Source: Candidatus Obscuribacterales bacterium (GTDB lineage: Bacteria > Cyanobacteriota > Vampirovibrionia > Obscuribacterales > Obscuribacteraceae). From it: a DNA stretch of 64,000 nucleotides. The notes beneath the pieces are model-generated. The model saw nothing but the letters and a program-made list of their open reading frames with translations, had not been told where the DNA came from and searched no databases. The stretch covers positions 704,001-768,000 of the forward strand of contig CBDDIJ010000005.1 in assembly GCA_965228855.1 (NCBI GenBank). The letters run 5' to 3'. The position numbers and the translations under genes were made by a program. This document shows, in pieces, positions 39,136 through 49,180 of this stretch; within the stretch, counting starts at the first letter, position 1, and each line of letters opens with the position of its first letter.

Positions 39136-39884
39136 CTCCTTCTCCAGACCAGAAGCTGGCGGCATGGCGGATGAAGTTGCACAGCACATCCTTGCAGACC
39201 AGCTTCAAGAGCCATGCTTCTCATTTCGCCAGGCGTAAATGCCGCGCGCACCGAAACCGGAGCGTCAAAATGCACGACACTCGAACGTGTGAGGAGACGA
39301 GAGGCGAGCCACACTAGACAGTATGAGAGGCGACTACGCACGAGGTCATTCACCAATATCATTCGTGCATCGCTGGCATGCATGTTGCGCAAAAGTGCGA
39401 TAACATCTTCAGGATCTAAATGATGCGTAAACAAAGAAGTCATCACTACATCAAAACCACTCGGAATCTTTTCTTTCAAGGCATCGAGTTGCATGAACGT
39501 GACCCTGGACTGCCAATCAGATGAATCCGCACCAGAACAGCTTCTCTTCGCTTTTTCGTTAGCGTAATCTATCGCACTTGGACTGATATCGGTTCCTACA
39601 AATTCAAAATTACGATTGGCGCTCGCTGCCATTCGCGCAAGCCTGATTAGATTTTCACCACCACCGGTGGCAACATCCAGGACGCGTAATTTGTCGGTCC
39701 CTGCAGACGCGCGATAAGAATCATTCTCCGGGGAGCCGTCGAACTTTTTCAGCTCACTCCAGAGAACCTCAGAAGCGCCACTCAATCTGTTCAGCAAATC
39801 AAGACCGTCAAGTGCTTCGATATGAAGCGCTCGGTCGAGCTGGGGATCATCCATTAATTCAGGGATTCGCGAACGAAGCAGCAT
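39132..39884 (-). CDS. Class I SAM-dependent methyltransferase
   Basis: PELMDDP, VLDVATGGG, FDVVMTSLFTHH, NDL.RS, DAPVSVRAAFT. Confidence 0.88.
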   Translation of the reverse strand: MLLRSRIPELMDDPQLDRALHIEALDGLDLLNRLSGASEVLWSELKKFDGSPENDSYRASAGTDKLRVLDVATGGGENLIRLARMAASANRNFEFVGTDISPSAIDYANEKAKRSCSGADSSDWQSRVTFMQLDALKEKIPSGFDVVMTSLFTHHLDPEDVIALLRNMHASDARMILVNDLVRSRLSYCLVWLASRLLTRSSVVHFDAPVSVRAAFTPGEMRSMALEAGLQGCAVQLHPPCRQLLVWRRR

Positions 39885-40163
39885 AGTTAGCGACCTCAAG
39901 CGGAATGGACATTATATCCATTTGTGTTTCGTCTGCGTTAGACAATGCAATCCTGGAAAAACTAAACTTATCTTCGCTCTAGTCGGGATCGGCAGCTCTG
40001 CTCACGAATTACTAACATAACTGAAAATAAGCCGAACTGAAGTAACTTCGACCCTTTGAAGGCAATAAAAGTTGAATCTAGGTCTGGACTGGTTCCTTCA
40101 TTAGAAGAAACATTTGGTGCGCTCGATTATCATAGGCTTGAAGACTTATCCCAGGTATTTTGT

Positions 40164-40889
40164 ATGGCAAACAGCAAATTTTTCACCACAGTCGGAATCA
40201 ACGCGCTTTTTTTGCTAACTGCCAGCAGCGCGTTCGCCTTAGATTCGCAGCAACAAAACAGGCGTTGCATAATCACGCAAGGCGATGGTCAGGTGAATAT
40301 AAATCCAGATATTTTTCGAATAAGTGCACGAATTGAAACTCGAGGTCCGATCCTCAAAGAAGTCTTTGAAAACAATAGAAAAACCGCCGAAAGTGTAATG
40401 GCGCTGCGAGACACATTTAAATTGCAGGCGGAAGACATTCAGGTTAGTGATTTTAGAGTCGGGCGAGAACACAATCATTCAATAAAGCGCAACTCTCAGT
40501 CTTATTGCGTGACCCGGTCGGTTCGAATTACAGCACATGACAGACAGACTGTAAGCGAACTCATCGAAAGCCTTCTCAGCGCTGGCTGTAGCGAGATCGA
40601 TTCCGTCTCGCCTGAAACATCTACTCCCAGGAAATACAGAGATCAAGCAAGATCACTGGCGGTCAAGGCCGCGAAGGAAAAAGCGGAGCTTATGGCAGCC
40701 GAGCTTAACGCAAAAGTTGGAAAAGCAATACGCATACAGGAAATGCCCTTGCAGTTCTCCAATCGTGGCGGTCCGTATAACAATATATTCACGATTGAGC
40801 GATTGAATTTCGACTCAACGGACACTCCCGAAACACTTGGGCAAATAAAAATTCTTGGCACGGTCCAAGTTGAGTTCGAGTTGGAATGA
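40164..40889 (+). CDS. SIMPL/DUF541 (BP26-like) periplasmic protein
   Basis: Signal peptide ending AFA; QGDGQV...PD, AVKAAKEKAELMA..L, VQVEFEL C-terminus. Confidence 0.8.
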   Translation: MANSKFFTTVGINALFLLTASSAFALDSQQQNRRCIITQGDGQVNINPDIFRISARIETRGPILKEVFENNRKTAESVMALRDTFKLQAEDIQVSDFRVGREHNHSIKRNSQSYCVTRSVRITAHDRQTVSELIESLLSAGCSEIDSVSPETSTPRKYRDQARSLAVKAAKEKAELMAAELNAKVGKAIRIQEMPLQFSNRGGPYNNIFTIERLNFDSTDTPETLGQIKILGTVQVEFELE

Positions 40890-40950
40890 GTCGTATGAAA
40901 GTTTCGGCGCGCTCGTTTATCATATGGTTCCGCATTCTAAGAGTTAAACC

Positions 40951-41457
40951 ATGGCAACACTAAATTCAGAAGATCAGGATTACAAGAGCTATTTCGAGAT
41001 TCGCGCAGGCGAAAAGTTCGAGCAGAATGTTGGCGATAAGGTACAGACGTGGCAGTTTTTCTCGCTGACAATCGCTTGTGGTGAGCGCGTATTGTCGTTC
41101 ACCAGCCCATCCGAAGAGAAGCATGACTATGAGGGCTTCATCAATGATGTAACTCGGGTTGCCGACGGTTACCTTGTTTGCCGCGCTTCACGCGATGAGA
41201 TTGGCAGATTGGTCACGGGGCTTGAAAAGTTCAACAGAGGAGAACTGCCAAAATTACTGTTTGAACCGGTCGAACCATCGTTCGAGTTTATGCTTGAGAG
41301 ACAGCACGAAGACGAGATTCGAGCAACTGTTTTCGTTGATGAAGGTAATGTTTTGACTGAGATTGCGCGCTGGGATGCTCTTGGGCTGCGCTTCTTCACA
41401 AATCAAAAGGCTGTACGAGCCTTCATCGATGAGCTCAAGACCGAATTCGGCGCTTAA
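40951..41457 (+). CDS. Hypothetical acidic protein, possibly WapI-like immunity fold
   Basis: 168-aa ORF; FEPVEPSFEFML and LRFFTNQKAVRAFIDEL patterns (weak family resemblance). Confidence 0.45.
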   Translation: MATLNSEDQDYKSYFEIRAGEKFEQNVGDKVQTWQFFSLTIACGERVLSFTSPSEEKHDYEGFINDVTRVADGYLVCRASRDEIGRLVTGLEKFNRGELPKLLFEPVEPSFEFMLERQHEDEIRATVFVDEGNVLTEIARWDALGLRFFTNQKAVRAFIDELKTEFGA

Positions 41458-41555
41458 AAGCCCCAAATGCCTGGTAAAATTGCCGTCTTACATGTTTTGT
41501 ACTCATGTTAATTACTGCTGGCAGTTTGTAGATGCCAGCGCAAAGGAGCATTTAT

Positions 41556-43508
41556 ATGTCGAAAGTAGAAACACAGATTCAAGTCAAGCTGCCGGACGGC
41601 AACAGCAAAACTCTCGAGGCGGGGGCGACCGCTGCCGATCTCGCCAAAGCCATTGCCGAAGGTTTGTTCAGAAAATCTGTTGGAGCCGTCATAAATGGCG
41701 AACCGAAGGATCTTTACACCCCGCTCAAAGATGGCGACGAAGTCAAACTTCTAACGGCGGACACGGACGAATCTCTTGAATTCCTGCGCCATTCCACCGC
41801 TCACGTGATGGCTGAAGCGGTTCAATCCCTGTTTCCCAACGCCAAGATTGCGATTGGCCCGACGATTCAAGATGGTTTCTACTACGACTTCGAAATTGCC
41901 GATCACGCGCTCACACCTTCCGACCTTGAAGCCATCGAGAAAAAGATGACCGAGATCGCGAAGGAGAACCAGAGGATTGTTCGCTACGACATTCCGGACG
42001 TTGACGCGCAAATCAAAGAATTCGAGCAGCAAGGCGAAAAGTTCAAAGCTGAACTTTTGACCGAGCACCGCGACCACAACCCGACTTTGTACTTGATGCA
42101 AAACAAAGAAGGCAAGACGGTTTGGAACGATCTCTGCCGTGGTCCCCACCTTCCCGCGACCGGTTTCATCAAAGCATTCAAACTTCAAAAAGTTTCCGGT
42201 TCATACTGGCGAGCAGACGAAAATAAGGAAAAACTGCAACGCATTTATGCGACCTGCTTCTGGACAAAGAAAGATCTCGAAGAGCATCTCAAACGCCTGG
42301 AAGAAGCGGAAAAACGCGATCACAGAAAGCTGGCGAAACAACTCGATTTGTTCTCAGTCCACGAAGAAGTCGGACCCGGATTGATCTTCTGGCATCCAAA
42401 CCTCGCCACCGTGCGCGATACCATTGAAGAGTACTGGAGAAAAGAGCACAGACGCCGCGGCTACGATTTCGTTTACACCCCGCACATCGCTAACGAGTCG
42501 CTCTACAAAATCAGCGGTCACCTGGAAAACTACGCAGAAAATATGTACTCGCCGATGGACATCGACGGCGAAGACTACCGCTGCAAACCGATGAATTGCC
42601 CTGGTCACATTATGATCTATAAGAGCAAGTTGCGCAGTTACAGAGACCTGCCGCTGCGGTATGCGGAACTCGGAACGGTTTATCGCTATGAGCGTTCGGG
42701 AGTATTGCACGGCATGCTGCGCGTCCGTGGATTTACGCAGGACGACTCTCACATCTTCTGCACACCGGAACAACTGAAAGACGAAATCAACGGAATTCTC
42801 GATTTGATCGATTCTTTGATGACCACATTCGGTTACCGCTACAAAGCCTATCTTTCAACTCGTCCGGAAAAATATCTTGGCACCGATGAACAATGGGAGA
42901 TGGCGACCAACGGTTTAGAACAAGCGATGAAAGATCGCAACATGGACTACGAAGTCGATGAAGGTGGCGGCGTGTTCTACGCTCCGAAGATTGACATTAA
43001 ACTGTTTGACGCAATCGGCCGCGAGTGGCAAGGTCCGACGATTCAAGTCGACTTGAACCTGCCGAATAGATTCGATGTAACATACATCGGAGAAGACGGC
43101 AATCGTCACCAGGCGGTCATGGTGCACCGCGCCGTTCTGGGCTCGATGGAACGCTTCTGCGGCGGTTTGATCGAACACTACGCCGGTCGTTTCCCACTGT
43201 GGCTGGCACCAACCCAGGTGGCAGTATTGCCGATCTCTGATCGTCACCAGGAGAGAGCGAAAGAGCTCGCATTGGCTCTGCAGAAGAAAGAAATCCGCGC
43301 TCATCTCGATGACAGACCGGAAACCATCCAATACCGAATCCGTGACGCGCAGCTAGAGCAAACACCCTATATGCTCGTGATTGGCGATAAGGAATTGGAG
43401 GATAATGTGGTGGCAGTGCGCCACCGCCAGGGCGGTCAAGTCGGAACCATGAAGTTCGAAGAGTTCCTTGAAAAGATCGAAAAAGAGATCGAAACGAAAC
43501 AGCTCTAG
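41556..43508 (+). CDS. thrS: Threonine--tRNA ligase
   Basis: TGS domain, RHSTAH, DLCRGPH, RDHRK, KPMNCPGH, RVRGFTQDD, HRAVLGS.ERF; AAGGAG RBS before ATG 41556. Confidence 0.98.
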   Translation: MSKVETQIQVKLPDGNSKTLEAGATAADLAKAIAEGLFRKSVGAVINGEPKDLYTPLKDGDEVKLLTADTDESLEFLRHSTAHVMAEAVQSLFPNAKIAIGPTIQDGFYYDFEIADHALTPSDLEAIEKKMTEIAKENQRIVRYDIPDVDAQIKEFEQQGEKFKAELLTEHRDHNPTLYLMQNKEGKTVWNDLCRGPHLPATGFIKAFKLQKVSGSYWRADENKEKLQRIYATCFWTKKDLEEHLKRLEEAEKRDHRKLAKQLDLFSVHEEVGPGLIFWHPNLATVRDTIEEYWRKEHRRRGYDFVYTPHIANESLYKISGHLENYAENMYSPMDIDGEDYRCKPMNCPGHIMIYKSKLRSYRDLPLRYAELGTVYRYERSGVLHGMLRVRGFTQDDSHIFCTPEQLKDEINGILDLIDSLMTTFGYRYKAYLSTRPEKYLGTDEQWEMATNGLEQAMKDRNMDYEVDEGGGVFYAPKIDIKLFDAIGREWQGPTIQVDLNLPNRFDVTYIGEDGNRHQAVMVHRAVLGSMERFCGGLIEHYAGRFPLWLAPTQVAVLPISDRHQERAKELALALQKKEIRAHLDDRPETIQYRIRDAQLEQTPYMLVIGDKELEDNVVAVRHRQGGQVGTMKFEEFLEKIEKEIETKQL

Positions 43509-43552
43509 GACTGCGTCTCCGGATCCACTATCCATGCAGACGGGCGACGCTC

Positions 43553-45400
43553 GTGAACACGGAAGCGACATACAATAATCCTGATGAGATCTTTCCGAGC
43601 GATCTGAAAGAGCGATATCATGATGCGCGCTTGATCGGAAAGGGCGGTATGGGGCGCGTGTTCAAGGCCAATGATGTGCGACTTCAACGGGACGTCGCCA
43701 TCAAGTTACTGCCGGCGAGTCACGAACGAGAGAATGCCGTTATTCGATTTCAACAAGAGGCGAAGGCGGTTTCGAAGCTCAACAATCCGCACATAGTCAA
43801 GGTTCAAGATTTCGGCTTCACGGAGGTCGAGCTTGAGCCTTTTCTAGTAATGGAGTTTATCGACGGGGTTAATCTCGCCGATTTCTTGGAGAAGAACGGA
43901 ACGCTTTCGCTGCGACGCGCAATCGAAATTGGAATCGAAGTATGCGAAGGCCTTTCGCATGCTCACAAAAATGGCGTCTTGCACCGCGATCTAAAGCCGG
44001 GAAATATCATGATTGATGCGAACAACTGCGTTCGAATTCTCGATTTCGGTCTCGCGAAAATTCTGAGAAAATCACAAGATGATACGGAACAGGCGCTGAC
44101 GAAACCCGGTCGCTTGATGGGAAGTGTTTTGTTCATGAGTCCCGAGCAGTTTGAAGGCAAGGAAGCAAGCGAGCTATCGGAGATATATTCGCTTGGTCTG
44201 GTACTCTTCAACCTCGTAACAGGGGAGATTCCAAACCAGGGCGAGAATCTGATGGCGTTTATGCGAAAGCGCAGAGAGGAAGCACCACATGCGCTACCAG
44301 AAACAATTCTAGATCCTCTCAGGGTTAACCTTAACCTCGTTCTTCAAACTGCACTCGCGACAGATTCGGCCAATCGTTTTAGTTCCATAGATGATCTTCA
44401 AAACGCGCTCAGGCACTGCTTGAGCGAGGAGACAAAAGCGGTTGACGCTTCGCACACAGATGTTCCGTCCGTGACAAAAACGGAGCGCAAGACGACTCTA
44501 CCTCCGTGGGCTGTAGCGACCGCAATTGCATTAATTGCAGTTGGCAGTTTTGCTATGTACAGCGTCACTAAAACACCGAATGACAGCCACTCCCGTGAGC
44601 AGAACAAACAACCCGGCGAATTGAAAGATGGCGGATTGCCACCAGGTTTTCTCAGTGAGCGAGATGAGAATGTGGACTGGTGGACAGGCACGACAGTAAA
44701 AGACGCGGACCTGGAAAAGCTGATAGGAAGCGATGTTCGCAACCTGAGCTTGCAGGGTAATACGATAATCACGGATGCCGGCTTGCACCGTATTCGCAAC
44801 CTGAAATTAGTAGCTCTGAACTTGCGCGACACAAAAATAAGTGATGCCAGTATACAAGACATCGACAATTTCAAACTCACCGCTTTGAACATCCGCAGCT
44901 CGAAAATCACTGAAGAAGGGATTCTTCGAATGACAGCGAATCCCAGTATGAAAGCGTTGGACCTGAAATATCTCCCGATATCAGACAGCGGTCTTGCTCA
45001 TATAGTGAGCATCTTTCCGAATTTAGAGAGCCTAAACGTCGGTTTCACAGGTGTGAATAAGGACGGTCAGCACCTCGAAATCTTGAGGAAACTGAAGCAT
45101 CTGAAACGCTTTTTCGCGGAGCAGATAAACATCAGGGATGCCGATGTCGACACGCTCGTATCATTGAAAATTGAGTCGATGGAGCTGGCGGCAAACCCGA
45201 TCACTCGCAAATCGATTGAAAAATTGCTTGAGTTACCGCGCCTCGATTTTCTGTCACTGGCGGGCTGCAAAGGAATCAGTGCCGAAGACGTGGCGAAACT
45301 AAAAAACAGATTTCCGGATATTACTTTGACGGAACCGGTTCACAAGAAAACCGTTGTAAATGACGATGTCACTGAAATGTTTAAGCAGACCGACCTGTAG
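43553..45400 (+). CDS. Hanks-type Ser/Thr kinase with TM helix and leucine-rich repeats
   Basis: GKGGMG, VAIK, HRDLKPGN, DFG, MSPE; TM WAVATAIALIAVGSFAMY; LRRs. Confidence 0.92.
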   Translation: MNTEATYNNPDEIFPSDLKERYHDARLIGKGGMGRVFKANDVRLQRDVAIKLLPASHERENAVIRFQQEAKAVSKLNNPHIVKVQDFGFTEVELEPFLVMEFIDGVNLADFLEKNGTLSLRRAIEIGIEVCEGLSHAHKNGVLHRDLKPGNIMIDANNCVRILDFGLAKILRKSQDDTEQALTKPGRLMGSVLFMSPEQFEGKEASELSEIYSLGLVLFNLVTGEIPNQGENLMAFMRKRREEAPHALPETILDPLRVNLNLVLQTALATDSANRFSSIDDLQNALRHCLSEETKAVDASHTDVPSVTKTERKTTLPPWAVATAIALIAVGSFAMYSVTKTPNDSHSREQNKQPGELKDGGLPPGFLSERDENVDWWTGTTVKDADLEKLIGSDVRNLSLQGNTIITDAGLHRIRNLKLVALNLRDTKISDASIQDIDNFKLTALNIRSSKITEEGILRMTANPSMKALDLKYLPISDSGLAHIVSIFPNLESLNVGFTGVNKDGQHLEILRKLKHLKRFFAEQINIRDADVDTLVSLKIESMELAANPITRKSIEKLLELPRLDFLSLAGCKGISAEDVAKLKNRFPDITLTEPVHKKTVVNDDVTEMFKQTDL

Positions 45401-45542
45401 TTAAGGCACCACCAGTTCCCGTTCAATTGGGTCAGGGGCGGAGTGTGCAAATCCACTACGTGATAATCACATTGACTTTCTGTCTATAAAAATAGATATT
45501 GATCCCTACAACCGTTAAACCCCGGCTGGCGAAGGATTTTAC

Positions 45543-46856
45543 ATGGCAGGCGATTTACCGACCAGTACAAACAAAGAAACCGATGTCGCGCAGGCACAGC
45601 CACGAGGCGGCGGCAGCTTTGCAGATGAAATTTTGCGGGCGCCTGGTTCCGGTGATTCCAGACCAGCGGCGCCAGCACCGGCTGCCGACACCGCCGCAAA
45701 ACCGACGGACGCTAAACCGGCAGCACCCGCAGCAGTTACCGATACGGGCAGAGATGTCGTTTTAAAACTGAGCTACAACGACCCGAAGTTTGACGAGTCG
45801 ATCTGGAAAACCGTCAAATACAATGCAATCGAGATTTCAGATTTTCCCAAAGACGCACGTGTTCAGCACTGGGCAGACAAAGACGGCTACTTTTTCTATT
45901 TGACCGACGCCGCGGGCAAGATGATAGACAACAAGCTGCATCATTACCCGGGCAATGTCGCAAAGCTGATCATCAACGGAAACACTCAAGATTTGGTGAA
46001 AGAACGCCAAAAGGTTTCCGAAGCTATTGCCAGAAAAAATGACATCAACATCAAGGACGGCGTCCTGACTGTAGATGTGAAAGACGGCAAATTCGACGAG
46101 AAAGTGCATCGCGTCCGAACCATGGACACGATCAACCTGACCGGATTAGCTCCTGGAGCGAAGATTGCTCATGGAATGGATGGAAACGGTTTCTTCTTCG
46201 AAGTCGGCGATGGCAAAAAACACTATTATCCAACTAACGCTAAACAGCTCGCAGTCGACGGCAAGGTCACTATGGACCTGACCAAGACTCGCTATCAAGA
46301 CATCGAGTCATATTCGAACACGAGCTTCGGAGGCTTCAAAGACTACAGTCGTGGGCGGGATCCGATGACGAACGCTCAGCAGGTCATAAATTTCGCAGCC
46401 GGCATGGACAAGCAAGCCGGGCGGTCTCTGGACGTGCTCGACAAGGGACTTACCGAGGCGATTGCCTCGTCCGAGCATCATCCCTACTTCAAGTATTTGC
46501 TGGCAAACGTCAAACTGGCACAGGCGATGGGTGCAGTTAGAGAGCGAGTTCTCACGGGTCAGTCCATCAACCACCCGAGCGTTATAGATAAGCTCGACAA
46601 AGCAGATGAGCTGCTGGACCAGGTAATCAAAGAATCAGACGGACGCCTGCGCGTCATCGGCCGAGGCTTCCCGCGTCCCAACGCACCACTCATGCCGCTT
46701 GCGCCCTACGCGCCATATGACCCGCGTGACCCGAACGGTCTGTATTCCTTCTGGGGCGGGACCTATGACCAGGCTGGATTCATGAAGCCGGGCGTCAAAT
46801 TCATCAAAGGATTGGTGCAGAGCAACGTTCTCGCCTTACCGCCCGAAAGACCATAG
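45543..46856 (+). CDS. Hypothetical protein with tandem duplicated ~80-aa domain
   Basis: Disordered Ala/Pro-rich N-terminus; repeats at aa ~71-155 and ~172-250; AAGGA RBS. Confidence 0.75.
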   Translation: MAGDLPTSTNKETDVAQAQPRGGGSFADEILRAPGSGDSRPAAPAPAADTAAKPTDAKPAAPAAVTDTGRDVVLKLSYNDPKFDESIWKTVKYNAIEISDFPKDARVQHWADKDGYFFYLTDAAGKMIDNKLHHYPGNVAKLIINGNTQDLVKERQKVSEAIARKNDINIKDGVLTVDVKDGKFDEKVHRVRTMDTINLTGLAPGAKIAHGMDGNGFFFEVGDGKKHYYPTNAKQLAVDGKVTMDLTKTRYQDIESYSNTSFGGFKDYSRGRDPMTNAQQVINFAAGMDKQAGRSLDVLDKGLTEAIASSEHHPYFKYLLANVKLAQAMGAVRERVLTGQSINHPSVIDKLDKADELLDQVIKESDGRLRVIGRGFPRPNAPLMPLAPYAPYDPRDPNGLYSFWGGTYDQAGFMKPGVKFIKGLVQSNVLALPPERP

Positions 46857-46969
46857 CTGAAAGCTTCTCGCAGTAAAGGATTGTCAAAGTTTAGGCGCTG
46901 CTGCTTACCTTGCGGTTTTCAGTAGCCTTAAATATTTGCATCGATTAATGAAAGCGAAGGAGTCGCAAA

Positions 46970-47176
46970 ATGCCTAGTGTTTACAAGATGACCGAAATTG
47001 TTGGAACATCCAACAAGAGTTTCGCGGATGCCGCTCAGGAAGCAGTTAAGCGCGCATCGAAGAATCTGCGTGATTTGAAGTGGTTCGAAGTAACCGACAT
47101 GCGCGGAATGATCAACGAAGGACAGGTAGCCGAGTTTCAAGTAACTCTGAAGGTCGGGTTCAAACTGGAAGACTAA
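46970..47176 (+). CDS. Dodecin family flavin-binding protein
   Basis: VYKMTEIVGTS..SF.DA...AV.RA, WFEV, FQVTLKVGF; AAGGAG RBS. Confidence 0.93.
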   Translation: MPSVYKMTEIVGTSNKSFADAAQEAVKRASKNLRDLKWFEVTDMRGMINEGQVAEFQVTLKVGFKLED

Positions 47177-47182
47177 GTTCCA

Positions 47183-47210
47183 AGAGGAGTCCGGCACGCC
47201 GAACTCCTCT
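47183..47210. terminator. Hairpin between convergent dodecin and upp genes
   Basis: Inverted repeat AGAGGAGTCCGG-CACG-CCGAACTCCTCT. Confidence 0.6.
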
Positions 47211-47240
47211 CGAAAACTAGTGTTCTATTTCTGATTCGGA

Positions 47241-47879
47241 CTACGTACCGAAAATTCTATCGCCCGCGTCGCCCAGCCCTGGAACGATGTAACCATGCTC
47301 GTTGAGGTGGTCGTCCACGGCTGCCGTCGTAATCTTGACATTAGGGAAGGCTTTGTTGACCTTCTCTACCCCCTCCGGCGAGGCAACGAAGCTCACCAGG
47401 TGAATTGCTTTGACGTCCATTTTGTCGAACAATGAGATGGCAGCCACAGCCGATCCGCCAGTCGCCAGCATCGGATCGAGAATGAAAACTCGGCAATCCG
47501 GCGGAAGCGAATCAGGAAGCTTGGCGTAATAGGATTGAGCCTCAAGCGTCTTCTCATCGCGCTTCAAACCAATGTGATAGATACGGACGTTCGGGAAGAG
47601 CTCCTGAGCAGCATCAGCAAGCACCAGACCGGCTCTCAATACGGGAGCAAGAATTATGTAATCGGTCAAAACAACACCGGTGCCAGGTCCCACAGGCGTT
47701 TCGACTCCCACCTGACGAACGTTGAGGTCCTTTAGAGCCTCGTAGATAAGGAAGTAACTGAGACGCTGAGCCAGCGCGCGGAATTCCGGCGAAGGCGTTT
47801 GCAAGTCCCTCAGGCCCGTCAGAGTCTTCTGCACGAGCGGGTGATTGACGACGTGTACTTTGGTATCTGTGGCGACCAT
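47241..47879 (-). CDS. upp: Uracil phosphoribosyltransferase
   Basis: HPLV, PVLRAG, LDPMLATGGS, GYIVPGLGDAGDRIFGT; GGAGG RBS. Confidence 0.97.
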   Translation of the reverse strand: MVATDTKVHVVNHPLVQKTLTGLRDLQTPSPEFRALAQRLSYFLIYEALKDLNVRQVGVETPVGPGTGVVLTDYIILAPVLRAGLVLADAAQELFPNVRIYHIGLKRDEKTLEAQSYYAKLPDSLPPDCRVFILDPMLATGGSAVAAISLFDKMDVKAIHLVSFVASPEGVEKVNKAFPNVKITTAAVDDHLNEHGYIVPGLGDAGDRIFGT

Positions 47880-47922
47880 TGCATCCTCCCAAAAATGCCA
47901 GCGTTACTCGTGGCGCTCACCG

Positions 47923-49107
47923 CTATTGGCTAACGGGTGTTCCAACCAGTGAAACTGCCTCTTGCCTTGCCCAGCGATCAGCCTCAAGTATATCGTCTAG
48001 CGTGGGGTTGCTAGTAGCCTTGTGTCGCTCAAGGACGCGGATAATGTGGTCCGGAATAGTGTGAAATTTGATCGCGTCATTCAAGAAAGCCTCGACTATT
48101 ACCTCGTTTGCGGCATTCAAAACACAGGCGACGGTACTGGACTCGCAGGCGATTTCTTTAGCAATTTTCAGGCAACGAAACTTCTCATAGTCGGGTTTCT
48201 CGAACGTCAGTTTGGCAATCTCCGTCAGATCCAGACGGGGAACGCGACCGGACGGCACTCTGTCAGGATAAAACAGCGCATAGTGAATCGGAAGACGCAT
48301 GTCCGGGACACCCAGCTGACCGATGACGCTGCCGTCAACGAATTGCACTGCCGAATGCAAGATAGACTGAGGGTGAATAAGAACCTCTATTTTTTCAGCG
48401 GGTAAATCGAACAGCCAGTGCGCTTCTATAATTTCCAGGCCCTTGTTCATCATTGTGGCCGAGTCGATGGTTATTTTCTGCCCCATCGACCAGTTCGGAT
48501 GTTTCAGGGCATCGCCCCTGGTGGCATTTCTTATCTCATCTATCGACCAGGTTCTAAACGGTCCACCTGAACCGGTGAGCCAGATCGATTCAATGTCTCT
48601 AGTTGTGAAACCGGAGAGTGATTGAAAAATCGCTGAGTGTTCGCTGTCGACGGGCACGATTCTCGCATTGTGTTTCTTCGCTAAGGGCATTATGACGGAG
48701 CCTGCTGCAACAAGGGTTTCCTTGTTCGCCAGAGCGATTGTGGTGCCCCGTTTTATTGCTTCGTAAGTCGGTCTCACGCCAAGAAATCCGACAACGCCGG
48801 TCACCAGGGTGTCGATACCGTCGACAGTAGCAACTTCGACGAGACCTGCATCGCCCCACACGATGCGGGTCTTTGCAAGATTGTAGCCGCGCTGAGCGAG
48901 CCGTTCTTTCAAACTGACCGCATCATTCTCGGTTGGAACAGAGACAACCAGCGGTTTGAACTCGACGATTTGTTCAGCCAGATCGTCTAGAGAACGGGCA
49001 CCGGCAGCCAAGCCCAGGACGGAAATTTCCTCGGGATGCGCGCTGGCGATGTCGAGAGTCTGCTTGCCGATTGAGCCGGTAGAGCCGATTAAACTAATCT
49101 TTTTCAT
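47923..49107 (-). CDS. dxr: 1-deoxy-D-xylulose-5-phosphate reductoisomerase
   Basis: GSTGSIG, LANKE, PVDSEH, TGSGGPF, HPNWSMG.KITIDSATMMNKGLE; start moved to ATG 49107. Confidence 0.97.
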   Translation of the reverse strand: MKKISLIGSTGSIGKQTLDIASAHPEEISVLGLAAGARSLDDLAEQIVEFKPLVVSVPTENDAVSLKERLAQRGYNLAKTRIVWGDAGLVEVATVDGIDTLVTGVVGFLGVRPTYEAIKRGTTIALANKETLVAAGSVIMPLAKKHNARIVPVDSEHSAIFQSLSGFTTRDIESIWLTGSGGPFRTWSIDEIRNATRGDALKHPNWSMGQKITIDSATMMNKGLEIIEAHWLFDLPAEKIEVLIHPQSILHSAVQFVDGSVIGQLGVPDMRLPIHYALFYPDRVPSGRVPRLDLTEIAKLTFEKPDYEKFRCLKIAKEIACESSTVACVLNAANEVIVEAFLNDAIKFHTIPDHIIRVLERHKATSNPTLDDILEADRWARQEAVSLVGTPVSQ

Positions 49108-49180
49108 TGTTTGGTGAGCGTCGAATAAGTCGGAACGGTTATTGTACCCAATACAAGTTGCAAGTAGAATACTTGCGATT

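Noticed and set aside
43509..43552. Absence of infC-rpmI-rplT after thrS
   Set aside because: That linkage is not universal, so its absence is not evidence of a rearrangement
45460..45476. Fur-box-like TGATAATCACATTGA upstream of the duplicated-domain gene
   Set aside because: Only one half-site matches and the downstream gene has no iron link
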